NCBI GenBank assembly: GCA_033977065.1
Contig: JAXCHI010000002.1
Span: 160,001 to 224,000, forward strand
DNA from: Candidatus Algichlamydia australiensis
GTDB lineage: Bacteria; Chlamydiota; Chlamydiia; Chlamydiales; JAJFMI01
Reading direction: 5' to 3'
DNA length: 64,000 nucleotides
Shown: positions 50,614-61,961 of the stretch, one piece after another
How the letters are laid out: each line of letters starts with the position of its first letter
Numbering within the stretch: position 1 is the stretch's first letter
Notes under the pieces: generated by a model
Seen by the model: only the letters and a program-made list of their open reading frames with translations
Databases searched by the model: none
Told to the model about the DNA's origin: nothing
Translations under genes and position numbers: made by a program

Positions 50614-50702
50614 TTCTCGCTGCGCCAAATCGAATCTCAGCCGTCGTGCCGTACGCAGTACTGCCACGCCGTCAGATATCCAATTTTGCTTTGCGATAAG
50701 AA
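50614..50702. repeat. GC-rich imperfect hairpin downstream of ileS
   Basis: Arms ttctcgc/gcgataagaa around cgtcgtgcc-gtac-gca-gtac-tgccacgccg. Confidence 0.55.
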
Positions 50703-51000
50703 CCCGCTGTAGCCGCTTCGCGCAGTGCGAGTTTTTTTTGCAGTCGCTTCGCGTATCAATAAATCTACTTCAAACTAAGAACCTGCTGTAGCCACTTCGC
50801 TCGGTATGAGCTTATTACGATTGTTTTGCTCTTTTGTAGTTGCCTCCTTGATTTTTGACCAAATAAAAAAATATTTACCTTGATTTTTGACCATGAAGGT
50901 ATTGATTTAACCTTGAAATACAACCATGGGTAGTCATGTGAAGCGTTTAGTTGTTTGGATTTCGTAAAATTAAATTTTAGGATTACAAAAAAAAGTAAAA

Positions 51001-51112
51001 TTTACCTTTGAAAAGGGCCTCGACTCAAAACGAGTTGTTAAAGAGTTATCCTTTGCAATGAGAGAAAAAATTACTCCAACTGAAACTCTCTTTGTTTTTG
51101 ATGAAGTAGTGA
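51001..51112 (+). pseudogene. Remnant of an AAA_14/DUF4143-type ATPase gene
   Basis: FTFEKGLDSKRVVKELSFAMREKITPTETLFVFDEV ends in a Walker B-like motif. Confidence 0.5.
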
Positions 51113-51114
51113 CT

Positions 51115-52947
51115 TTACTCGATCTCTTGCGGGAGTCTGTGACGCTTGCGTTGGTAGTAGTTCCAAAGAAATATGAGGATGGCGGCTATAATCCAGATGA
51201 TAAAGTGAGGGAGTGTTAGCCACGGGTAGGGCGGCTGAACTGGCTGACCAAAGCGCGAGCCTGGTGGCCAGAAGATAAAGTCGGGTGAGCCGCGAAGGTT
51301 TCCTTGCGGGACAAATCCAAAGACGCGACTATCGCCGCTCATGGCGTAGTTATCACCAAGGGCGAGGTAGTGTTTTTCTGGGATTTTTAGCCCGTATGTT
51401 TGTAGAAAGTCGCAATCGATTTCTCCTTCTGGAGTAATTGGGGGGCCATGATCGATAAAGGGGAGGTAAGGTGCTGGCTTTGCTTTCTCTTCCTCAACAA
51501 ATTGTATAAGGTTTTTTTCATCTTTGTCGATAACTTTAGCTCCCATAACGTAGAGATCTCCATTGCGAAACCAGGCGAATCGCGAAGGGCGCAGGTGTTG
51601 GCACTCTTGGTTTGAGCCAAAGCGTGTATCAAATTCAATCCCAAGATTAAAGAGTGCTTGTAGCTGTTTGTTATTGGGGTGATTTAGGGGGTAATCTTCA
51701 GGAAGTTTTTTTGAAATTCCCTGCCATTGGATCTTGTAAGCTCTACCTTCACGGATTTCAAAGGTGCCATTTTCAATTCCTCGTAGTGGAACGACATAGT
51801 AGGGGATTGACTGATCTTTCGGAATGTGTGTCCCATACCTGTAGGCGTAGCCATCTCGAACTGTAAAGCGCGCGGTATAGAGGCCGCGATGGAGATGGGT
51901 CAGCTGTTGCTGAGTGAGGGGAATGATGGAGCTCTCCGTTTTTAATGCGGGTCTTCTTCGACCATAAATATCTAGTTCGAGGCTGGCTTCTTTAAGAGAG
52001 GGATCGTGTGTAAGCTCAAGATAGAGAGCCGCACCTTTTGTAAGCTCATGATCGGTCCACGCTTCTACTTCTTCTGTTGTCAGAAGCTTGGCCATAGCGT
52101 AGTTGCGCATGCCCCAAAGCTGTCCGTAATCCTCGACACCTGGTACAAGCATTTTTCCACAGATATCTCCTCTTCCTATCTGTGTAAGTTTAGCAACAGG
52201 TTGATTCATTTGATAGAAGATTGCAGGAGAGTAGATACCTCCACGGGGGCGGTCTGGTGTGACGGTTTTGCCTCCAAATTGGAGAAAAGGGACATGGTCA
52301 ACGTAGGGGAGCTCCGGATATTGCAACTCATGTGTGATGTCATTTCCATTGCAATCTACTCCGTATAGCTTTCCTCCATAAAAATAGACGGTATCTCCAG
52401 GTTTTCCCATGAGTCGTTTAACGAGTTGTTTTTTACCTGGAAAGATATAAAAATAGCGCATCTCGCTATCAGGAATATCCATGTTTGCTGTCGTAAAGGT
52501 GAAAATACCAGAGCGCTGAACAAGGTCAGGATCAAAATAGAGGTGAGTCGGTTTGAGGGGGGTATTGATTCCAAATGTAGTTTTGCTAACAGAGAGGCGA
52601 TCTTTTTCTTGTAGGGTTGGACGCATAGAGCCCGTTGGGATTTCATAGAGTTCAAACCAGACTTGACGGATCAAGATTGCGGCGATAAGAGCAAATCCTA
52701 AACCTACTATGGAGCGAAGATGATCATAAAAATCTTTTTTGAGATAGGTCTTTGAAAACTCTGCAAGCATGTTAGTCGCTTGCGTTGCTTCGTCCCGATC
52801 GTGTTCGATAATCGCTTTTTGAGCGGTTTTAAGCTCTCGACAAATTGTATCGCGCTCTTCGCTGTTTAGCTGTTCTCTTTTACGTCTGTATTTTTTTAGA
52901 GTAGCAAAGAATATCTTCTTGCACTTGCGTAGGGATCTAAATCTCAT
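51115..52947 (-). CDS. lepB: Signal peptidase I (long chlamydial form)
   Basis: IPTGSMRPTL, LVKRLMGKPGD, LGDNYAMSGDSRVFGFVP. Confidence 0.95.
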   Translation of the reverse strand: MRFRSLRKCKKIFFATLKKYRRKREQLNSEERDTICRELKTAQKAIIEHDRDEATQATNMLAEFSKTYLKKDFYDHLRSIVGLGFALIAAILIRQVWFELYEIPTGSMRPTLQEKDRLSVSKTTFGINTPLKPTHLYFDPDLVQRSGIFTFTTANMDIPDSEMRYFYIFPGKKQLVKRLMGKPGDTVYFYGGKLYGVDCNGNDITHELQYPELPYVDHVPFLQFGGKTVTPDRPRGGIYSPAIFYQMNQPVAKLTQIGRGDICGKMLVPGVEDYGQLWGMRNYAMAKLLTTEEVEAWTDHELTKGAALYLELTHDPSLKEASLELDIYGRRRPALKTESSIIPLTQQQLTHLHRGLYTARFTVRDGYAYRYGTHIPKDQSIPYYVVPLRGIENGTFEIREGRAYKIQWQGISKKLPEDYPLNHPNNKQLQALFNLGIEFDTRFGSNQECQHLRPSRFAWFRNGDLYVMGAKVIDKDEKNLIQFVEEEKAKPAPYLPFIDHGPPITPEGEIDCDFLQTYGLKIPEKHYLALGDNYAMSGDSRVFGFVPQGNLRGSPDFIFWPPGSRFGQPVQPPYPWLTLPHFIIWIIAAILIFLWNYYQRKRHRLPQEIE

Positions 52948-52989
52948 GGCTGCATGTTAGAGTCTTATAAAGGTGTTGTCAAGTGCTTA

Positions 52990-53152
52990 TGGACATACTG
53001 AATAATTTAGACTTTTCGATAAGGGACCAAAAATTGGTCCAAATCGGTTTTTCTAACTCACTAACTCTTATGGAGTTAGCTTCGTTCTCCAAAACCAATT
53101 TGTTCTCATTTTTTCATCTTTTCTCGAAAAGAGCAGTTATTCAGATGTTTTT
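52990..53152. mobile_element. Fold-back element, family D copy 2 (163 bp)
   Basis: Reverse-complement homolog of 10970-11133; TA at 52988-89 and 53153-54, the latter inside the upstream gene's stop codon. Confidence 0.88.
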
Positions 53153-53805
53153 TACGCGTCTCCGCTATCTATAAGGCGAATTTTAAATGTGGCAGCACTG
53201 TTTGAGATTTCCATCCAGCAAGGGAAAGGAGATCCTTCATGAAAGTAGAGTTCCAAGTTTTTTCCTGCAAGCTCTGTTCCATCATCAGGCCAGTGCGCTT
53301 TGTAGACTTTCGTAGCTATTTTTGTCAGTTTTTTTCCATTTTGAAAGAGGGGTGGATTCCAAATTTTACGCATATCTAGACCCTCTTGAGGAGGGGCTCC
53401 GATGCGTTTTCGATCTTTTTCTCGCACAGCTTTTAAGGGAAGAGCAATCAAATCAGTAAAGAGTTGCTGCGCTGATGAATTTAAGGAGACCTCTCTTTGA
53501 GGAGAGTAAGCATTTGTACAGACTCCTCTTGCCAAGTCTATTTCGTAGAGTAGGTGCGAGGTAGCTCCTGGGGTCCCGTCGCGATACCAGCTGCGCCAAT
53601 TTATTTTTTTTGCTTTATGACTAGGAATGCTGATCTCTTCTAAAACTACACGCTTATCGGTAAGAGATTGAATACGCATGAAAGTGACCAACTTGCTCTG
53701 CTCTGTGACGATGTATTGGCCCTCATGCGCAAAACGAAGGCGTTCCTTAATCGTCATAGAAAAAAGAGGTATAGCCAAGAATAGGGGAAGGATGAGGCGT
53801 AGCAT
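53152..53805 (-). CDS. Chlamydia-specific exported protein (CT021-like)
   Basis: Signal peptide, LEEISIP, WNPPL, WPDDGTELAG, IDSG; next to lepB. Confidence 0.72.
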   Translation of the reverse strand: MLRLILPLFLAIPLFSMTIKERLRFAHEGQYIVTEQSKLVTFMRIQSLTDKRVVLEEISIPSHKAKKINWRSWYRDGTPGATSHLLYEIDLARGVCTNAYSPQREVSLNSSAQQLFTDLIALPLKAVREKDRKRIGAPPQEGLDMRKIWNPPLFQNGKKLTKIATKVYKAHWPDDGTELAGKNLELYFHEGSPFPCWMEISNSAATFKIRLIDSGDA

Positions 53806-53814
53806 GGCCCGATT

Positions 53815-54693
53815 TTACTCGATTGTTTCTAAAAGGTCTACTTCCAACGTGGCGTGGTATATATTATATTTTTCTTTTAACATCGCGTGTGCTCGTTTTA
53901 AGGTGGCACTGATCTCATCTGCACGAAGGTGACATGAGAGGGCATTTTGTCCTTCTGCTACGGTCCAAATGTGAAGATCAAAAACAGCACGTACCCCAGG
54001 AAGTTTAAGTAAATTTTTTTCTACTTCGTCTGGATTTATATCTTGCGGAGCTCCTTCCATCAAAATAGTAGTGGTTTTTTTGATGATTTTGGCAGATGTA
54101 AAGAGGATTATAAGAGCAAAAAGAGTAGAGATGATAGGGTCAACGATAGAGTAGTGTGTCCATAGAATAATGAGTCCAGATGCAATGACTCCGATGCTGC
54201 CAAGAAGATCCCCTATGACATGTAAAAAAGCAGCTTTTACATTGAGATTTCCTTCTTGATGCGTGTGAAGAACCTTCATCATGACGATGTTTGCAATTAA
54301 GCCGATAGTTGCAACGATAAATACGATAAGGCCTTTGACCTCTTCTGGATGGATCATGCGTGTAATGGCTTCGTAGATGATAATAAGGCAGAGTGCCCAG
54401 AGTATTACGCTGCTTGCTAGAGCTCCTAATATTTCGGCGCGTCGATAGCCAAAGCTCATTTTTGATGTTTTAGGACGCATCCCAATTTTTATTGCAACAA
54501 TGCTTAGAAGAAAGGCTCCTACGTCTGTGAACATATGAAGTGCGTCGGCGATTAGAGCAAGAGAATTTGCAAGATAGCCAAAGAGAAATTCAACAGCCAT
54601 AAAGATGACAGCTATTAAAAGAGCAATTTTAAGAGCGTGGGTCTGCTTTTTTCCTTTTTCTTCAAAATTATGTAACTCAAAGTGACAAATCAT
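53815..54693 (-). CDS. CDF family Zn/Co/Cd efflux transporter (CzcD-like)
   Basis: SLALIADALHMFTD, FGYRRAE, NVKAAFLHVIGDLLGS. Confidence 0.95.
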   Translation of the reverse strand: MICHFELHNFEEKGKKQTHALKIALLIAVIFMAVEFLFGYLANSLALIADALHMFTDVGAFLLSIVAIKIGMRPKTSKMSFGYRRAEILGALASSVILWALCLIIIYEAITRMIHPEEVKGLIVFIVATIGLIANIVMMKVLHTHQEGNLNVKAAFLHVIGDLLGSIGVIASGLIILWTHYSIVDPIISTLFALIILFTSAKIIKKTTTILMEGAPQDINPDEVEKNLLKLPGVRAVFDLHIWTVAEGQNALSCHLRADEISATLKRAHAMLKEKYNIYHATLEVDLLETIE

Positions 54694-54730
54694 AATTTTG
54701 TGTTATATATTATTTTCTGGGGTGTTTACA

Positions 54731-55081
54731 ATGAAAAAAATATTATTTAGTTTGAGTCTTCTTTTAATAATGCCAGGGTGTGCGCAAGGTTCAAGCAGTA
54801 GCCCTTCGAGTGAAGTAACACGTGAAAATTGGCAGGAAAAGATCTCAATTCTTGACCAAAGCATCACGCGCAAGAAAAATTTAAGTGATCTCTATCGCGC
54901 TAAAGCAACGCGTGCAAAAAATCAGGGAGATCGCCTGCAGTTTAATCCCAATAATGTTGGGGATGCAAGACGGTACTGGAATGTTGCAGACTATTATAAC
55001 GAACAAGCAGATCTTCTTGATCAGCAGGTTGTAGTTTTGCAGCAGGAGCGTCAACGCATTTTGGAAAAATATGGAGAGTAA
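54731..55081 (+). CDS. Putative lipoprotein
   Basis: MKK-hydrophobic-MPGC lipobox-like signal, coiled-coil body. Confidence 0.7.
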   Translation: MKKILFSLSLLLIMPGCAQGSSSSPSSEVTRENWQEKISILDQSITRKKNLSDLYRAKATRAKNQGDRLQFNPNNVGDARRYWNVADYYNEQADLLDQQVVVLQQERQRILEKYGE

Positions 55082-55173
55082 GTTTTTTCTGGCCATGTGG
55101 TGTAGGATCTGTTACCATATTCCTGGAAACGCTGAAAAAAATCCTCATACATAATATAACTTAAGAATACCTT

Positions 55174-56688
55174 ATGGTGCACAATTTCTTGAACGTTCTT
55201 GCAAATAGTAGCTCTTGTTTTCCTGCTAACCTTGATGTAGGAAATGCGGGCTTCTCTCTTCAAAGTCACTCGATTAGTCCTTTTCACATTACTTGTCTCG
55301 TTATTTTTGCCTTGGCGGTAATTCACACTCTTCTTGCAAATAAGATTTCGCAAGTTTCACAAAGGATTGCAGAGCGTCACCGCAAGCGCCGAGCTCGTCC
55401 TCCTGGCTTTGATCCAACTTTTCCAGAAAATGATGAGAAGGATAAGAGCTTTGCTGCTGAAATTTTACACTTTCTCGGTGAAGTTGAAGTGATTTTTGGT
55501 ATTTGGGTGATTCCCCTTCTCTTTGCTATCTCGTTCTTTTACGATTGGGGCACTGCAGTAGAATATATAGACTCACGCAGCTATGTAGAGCCTATATTTG
55601 TTGTTGTTGTGATGTGTCTTGCTGCAACACGTCCTATTGTAAAATTATCTGAGCGCATGCTCGCCTTTATCGCAAAATTGATGGGAGGATCCCTCGCTTC
55701 GTGGTGGTTTGTTATCCTTACAGTTGGACCTCTTCTAGGCTCTTTAATTACAGAAGCAGGGGCGATGACTCTTTCTGCTCTGCTTTTGGCAAATAAATTT
55801 TACCAACATGGGCCATCAAAGCGTTTTGCCTACGCAACGATGGGCTTGCTCTTTGTCAACGTCTCTGTTGGAGGGATCCTCACAAATTTTGCTGCCCCTC
55901 CTGTACTGATTATTTCTAATTGTTGGGATTGGACAACAAGCTATATGTTTACCTACTTTGGGTGGAAAGCTGTATCGGGAATTTTAGCAGGAAACACTCT
56001 CTACTTTTTCCTTTTTAGAAGAGAATTTCGCATTCTTGAAAAGCGAAGTAAATCAGCAAAAATGAAGGGCAATGAAATAGAAGAGGCAAAGGCTCCTCTC
56101 TGGATTAGTTTAATTCATGTGCTTCTTCTCTTTTGGTGCGTATTTAACTCCCACTATCCTGCTGTATTTATCGGCACTTTTTTGCTCTTTTTGGGATTTC
56201 ATCAAGCAACCTCACCCCACCAATATCCTTTGCACTTAAAGCGTCCCATCTTAGTGGGCTTTTTCTTGGGAGCACTTGTAATTCATGGTGGATTACAGGG
56301 GTGGTGGATTACGCCCTTGCTTGGTGGGTTAAAAGAGGGACCTTTGATGCTTGTTGGAACGGTTCTTACAGCGTTTAACGACAATGCAATGGTAACTTAC
56401 CTCTCTAGTTTGATCCCGACGCTTACAGAGGGGATGAAGCAGGCGATTATGAGCGGTGTTGTTGTAGGTGGTGGTTTAACTGTTATTGCTAACGCACCCA
56501 ACCCTGCTGGACAGATGTTATTGCGTAAATATTTTAAAGATGGCGTCTCGCCCTTACGTCTTTTCATTGCTGCGCTAATTCCAACATTAATTCTCTTTGC
56601 CATTTTTTACTTTGGATTGAATCTCTCTGCAGATTCTGCTTTGACTTTTGTAACAAAAAATTTTAGTCACTCATTTACCAGGTATTAA
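55174..56688 (+). CDS. DUF1504 putative Na+/H+ antiporter
   Basis: GEVEVIFGIW, LGSLITE, FAAPPVL, GGGLTVIANAPNPAG. Confidence 0.85.
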   Translation: MVHNFLNVLANSSSCFPANLDVGNAGFSLQSHSISPFHITCLVIFALAVIHTLLANKISQVSQRIAERHRKRRARPPGFDPTFPENDEKDKSFAAEILHFLGEVEVIFGIWVIPLLFAISFFYDWGTAVEYIDSRSYVEPIFVVVVMCLAATRPIVKLSERMLAFIAKLMGGSLASWWFVILTVGPLLGSLITEAGAMTLSALLLANKFYQHGPSKRFAYATMGLLFVNVSVGGILTNFAAPPVLIISNCWDWTTSYMFTYFGWKAVSGILAGNTLYFFLFRREFRILEKRSKSAKMKGNEIEEAKAPLWISLIHVLLLFWCVFNSHYPAVFIGTFLLFLGFHQATSPHQYPLHLKRPILVGFFLGALVIHGGLQGWWITPLLGGLKEGPLMLVGTVLTAFNDNAMVTYLSSLIPTLTEGMKQAIMSGVVVGGGLTVIANAPNPAGQMLLRKYFKDGVSPLRLFIAALIPTLILFAIFYFGLNLSADSALTFVTKNFSHSFTRY

Positions 56689-56761
56689 AACGTGTCTTTA
56701 GTACCCTGTAATAGAGTACTGAAATTGCAAATTTTCTCTTCAAGGGATACAATCAGTTCTT

Positions 56762-57385
56762 ATGCTGAGTGTGGAAAATCTTACTTTCAGTTTTTCTGGA
56801 AAGCAGTTACTAAACAACCTCTCTTTACAAGTCAAAAAGGGGGAGCGCATCGCTCTACTCGGCCCATCTGGAAGTGGAAAAACGACTCTTTTTAAATTAA
56901 TTGCAGGTCTCTATCCTATTCAACAAGGAAAAATTTTTATTGGGGGCAAATCCCTTGATGAGGGAAGAGATCAAATTAGTTATATGATGCAAGAAGATCT
57001 TTTACTCCCCTGGAGAACAGCAATGAAAAACGCGTTGCTGCCCTGCGAATTTGCAAAAAAAGATCAAAGAGAAGAGGCAGAGCAAATCTTTGCTCAAGTA
57101 GGTCTCACAGGTTATGAAGGGTACTATCCTCATGAGCTTTCAGTAGGGATGCGTCAGCGAGTCGCCCTGATTCGTGCTCTGCTTTTGCGTCGCCCAATTT
57201 TAATTTTAGATGAGGCTTTTTCCTCTGTTGATTACGATCGAAAAGAGGGATTAATGAAGCTTGTTGATGAGATGGTAGAGCGGTACCATTTAACTCTGCT
57301 TTTTATTACACACAATCCTGATGAAGCCAGATACTTGTCAAATAAGATATATCATTTAAAAGAAGGGGGGCTACATGCTAGCTAG
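56762..57385 (+). CDS. ABC transporter ATPase (NitT/TauT type)
   Basis: GPSGSGKT, LLPWRT, LSVGMRQR, LDEAFS. Confidence 0.93.
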   Translation: MLSVENLTFSFSGKQLLNNLSLQVKKGERIALLGPSGSGKTTLFKLIAGLYPIQQGKIFIGGKSLDEGRDQISYMMQEDLLLPWRTAMKNALLPCEFAKKDQREEAEQIFAQVGLTGYEGYYPHELSVGMRQRVALIRALLLRRPILILDEAFSSVDYDRKEGLMKLVDEMVERYHLTLLFITHNPDEARYLSNKIYHLKEGGLHAS

Positions 57386-58046
57386 TTCTCTTCTTTTGCC
57401 ATCTCCTTATGCGGTTTTTGTGCGATTGATTCAACACTTTCCGCAGTTCCTTTTCCATCTTTCAGCAACTCTTCTTGAGATGATTCTTGGTATGGGGTTA
57501 GCAGCTCTGATCGCATTTCCAATCGGGTATTTGATGGCGCGTTTTAAAACTGTAGGGATGACTCTACAACCTGTTTTTCTTTTGATAAAATGCTTGCCGA
57601 TGTTTGCTTTAGCTCCGATTATGCTCCTCTTTTTTGGTTGGTCGATGATTAGTATTGTAATTCCTACAGCCTTAATGATCATCTTCCCTCTTACTATCAA
57701 TATTTACCGCGGTCTTATGACGGCAAAAAAGAGTCATCTTGAATACTTTCAGGTACATGGTGCGAGCGCGTGGCAAACCTTTTGGAAACTCAAATTTCCT
57801 TTTGCAATGCCCTACATATTTTCGGGCCTGCGCATCTCTGCGGGCTTAGCTGCAATGGGAGCCATTGCAGGAGAGTGGGCGGGTGCCCAGAGAGGCCTTG
57901 GCATCTATCTGCAAGAGTGCCGTTTTCAATTTGATATAGAGGGGGTTTTTGCCACACTCATTGTACTTCTTATGATGAGCACGCTCTTTTATGGCGCTTT
58001 CATTCTTCTTGAAAAGCTTGTTACAAGGAGGAAGTTTGAAACGTAG
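57375..58046 (+). CDS. ABC transporter permease (NitT/TauT type)
   Basis: LPSPYAV, GASAWQTFWKLKFP, GAIAGEW. Confidence 0.9.
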   Translation: MLASSLLLPSPYAVFVRLIQHFPQFLFHLSATLLEMILGMGLAALIAFPIGYLMARFKTVGMTLQPVFLLIKCLPMFALAPIMLLFFGWSMISIVIPTALMIIFPLTINIYRGLMTAKKSHLEYFQVHGASAWQTFWKLKFPFAMPYIFSGLRISAGLAAMGAIAGEWAGAQRGLGIYLQECRFQFDIEGVFATLIVLLMMSTLFYGAFILLEKLVTRRKFET

Positions 58047-58959
58047 ATTTTTTCTCCTCCTCTTTCCGCTTTTTCTCTTTAGTGGGGAGCGCGTTCGACT
58101 TCTTTTAGATTGGTACCCCAATCCTGATCATGTTCCAATATATGCGGGAAAAGAAAAGGGGTTTTTTCGAGAAGAGGGGATCGATTTAGAGTTGATTAAA
58201 CTCTATGATCCTATACAGACAATGGCACTTGTTGAAATGGGGAGAGTGGATATTGCCATCCATGTCTCCATCCCTCTAATGCGAGTCGCTTGCCGCACAA
58301 AAAATTTCAAAATTATTGGCACCTATGTTGATAAGCCTTTGCAGGGAGTTACTGTACGAGCAGATAGTGGAATTTTAACGCCCAAGGATTTAGATGGGAA
58401 AGTCATTAGTGCAAAACCTGACGGCTCTGTCTCTTTAGTTCTAGGTGCTTTTGCAAAAAAAGAGGGGATCGCCTTCAAAGAAATCAAAAAGATTCCCATG
58501 GATCTTACTCCTATTCTAGCAACAGGAGCAGCAGACGGAGTTTCGGGAATCATGTGGAATGTTGATCCTGTGATGCTTGATACAGTGGGCGTTGCCACGC
58601 GCTCATTTCGCTTTGATGAATTAGGTGCACCTGTCTATCCCGAGCTGCTGCTTGTCTGCAATAAGAAGTATGCGAAACAAAATCCCCAAACAATCGCAAA
58701 GTTTTTACGCGCTCTTGAAAAAAGTAATCAATTTTCTGTTGATAACGAAGAGGAGAGCTTCTCTCTTTACGCCAAAGCACTTCCTACTAAAAGTCCAAAA
58801 ACAATTGCATGGGAGCGCAAATCTTGGGCGGTAACTGCCCCTCAAATAGCGAGAAAGGTAGCACCTGACGAAAAATCGATCCAGACCCTCTACGATTGGA
58901 TGGAAGAGGGGAACTTTTTAAAAGAGAAATTTTCACCTACTAGCCTTATTCATAAATAA
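57991..58959 (+). CDS. NMT1/THI5-like substrate-binding protein (true start probably near 58036)
   Basis: LLDWYPNPDHVPIY, GFFREEGID, VYPELL. Confidence 0.85.
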   Translation: MALSFFLKSLLQGGSLKRRFFLLLFPLFLFSGERVRLLLDWYPNPDHVPIYAGKEKGFFREEGIDLELIKLYDPIQTMALVEMGRVDIAIHVSIPLMRVACRTKNFKIIGTYVDKPLQGVTVRADSGILTPKDLDGKVISAKPDGSVSLVLGAFAKKEGIAFKEIKKIPMDLTPILATGAADGVSGIMWNVDPVMLDTVGVATRSFRFDELGAPVYPELLLVCNKKYAKQNPQTIAKFLRALEKSNQFSVDNEEESFSLYAKALPTKSPKTIAWERKSWAVTAPQIARKVAPDEKSIQTLYDWMEEGNFLKEKFSPTSLIHK

Positions 58960-60294
58960 CTAATAATCAATTGTTTGTTATTTTATTAACAAAAATTTAA
59001 AAATATGTTATAATTTTCTTTAGTTATGGAAGGACTAAAGGAAGTTTTCTCAAAAAAACCGCAAGACCCTTATAAGTATATGCCTTTTCAAAGGCATGAT
59101 GCTCCCTCTGGGCATCTGCTATATGGTCAAAAATCGCCTCCTGAATATGAGCATACGCCAACTAGCTATTTTGAAGTTGTATCAAATGGAGAAGTGGCGA
59201 TGGCCCCTGCAGAGGAAGGTCTTAGTAATAGAGTCTCTTCCTTTTTTCAAGATCTCTCTTCTGTACCCTCCATGACTTCAGTCATCTCTGATTTAAACGC
59301 GACAGTTATCACTACCTCTCTCGATGTGCTCAAAATATTTGATCCCGAAGATTCTAAACCCTTTTTGGCAATCGGGAATCTCTCTATACTCTCAGCAGCT
59401 ACCGCACCAATCAATCTACTGGATGGGTATCAAACCTTAAAAAAGACCAATAATATCGCTCAATACCGGCTTGCCCTTCTTGGTTTAGCAATCAGTGCAC
59501 TTCAGTTTGTCAGAGGGTTTTTGAATCTTGCTAAAGATTTTTCTATAGATATCGCAGGAGCAGCTGGAAAAACTTTTCCAAAAGCGCAAAGAGGAGTAGC
59601 TGCTCTTATTTCTACTCTTGGTCTTGTTTTTTACGGTGTAGTGATCTCTTATTATGGCTACAAGCTCTCTTATCATCTAAATTTTCAATGGAATTTTTCA
59701 AAACTTACAAGAAATCCCGATGCAAAAAAATTTCTTATAAAGGAGTACGAAAAAGATCCCTCCTTGTTAAAGCTAAAGATGGGTGATCTGGCTTTCCACA
59801 AATTAGACAAAATGATGAAAATGCGTGCAGAAAGGAATAAAGTTTTAGAAGATCTCCACACCAATAAAAGTGATTCTGAAGAAGATTTATGGAGAAGTCG
59901 CAGTGAAGTCAATGCGATTTTAGAGCAGAACGAATTTGATAGCATGATTAACAGTGTGAAGTGGGCGATGCGAGGCGAGAGTTTGGTTCGTATGGTGGGA
60001 ATTACTGCCTGCTTAGTCTCTGTAACTTCCCTCCTCACGGCATCAATTCTTTCAGGAATGCCCGCATTGATTGCCACAATTACCCTCTCCCTTTTAGGTG
60101 GGACCCTCTGGTTAATTTCAGATAGCTTTACTCTTTGGAACTCCTTGCAAACAGGAGAAAAAAACTGGAAAACGGTCTTAAGCTTAGCGCTTCTTGTCTC
60201 AGTTTCGCTACTTGCCTTGAATACGGTTCTTCTTTTTGCAGGAGGAGCTCTCTCTGCAGCGATCATCGGAGGGATGGTTCTCTTCTGGTTTGGA

Positions 60295-61961
<1,667 letters not shown>

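Noticed and set aside
5989..53152. CRISPR array or integron attC interpretation of the palindromic repeats
   Set aside because: Copies are dispersed, about 163 bp, lack a repeat-spacer period and GTTRRRY cores, and no cas or integrase genes are present.
52983..53174. 63-aa ORF running through element D2 (also 17555-17743 and 19786-19968)
   Set aside because: These lie inside the repeats with no RBS or recognisable domain; treated as incidental frames, although Rickettsia-style in-frame insertion elsewhere cannot be excluded.
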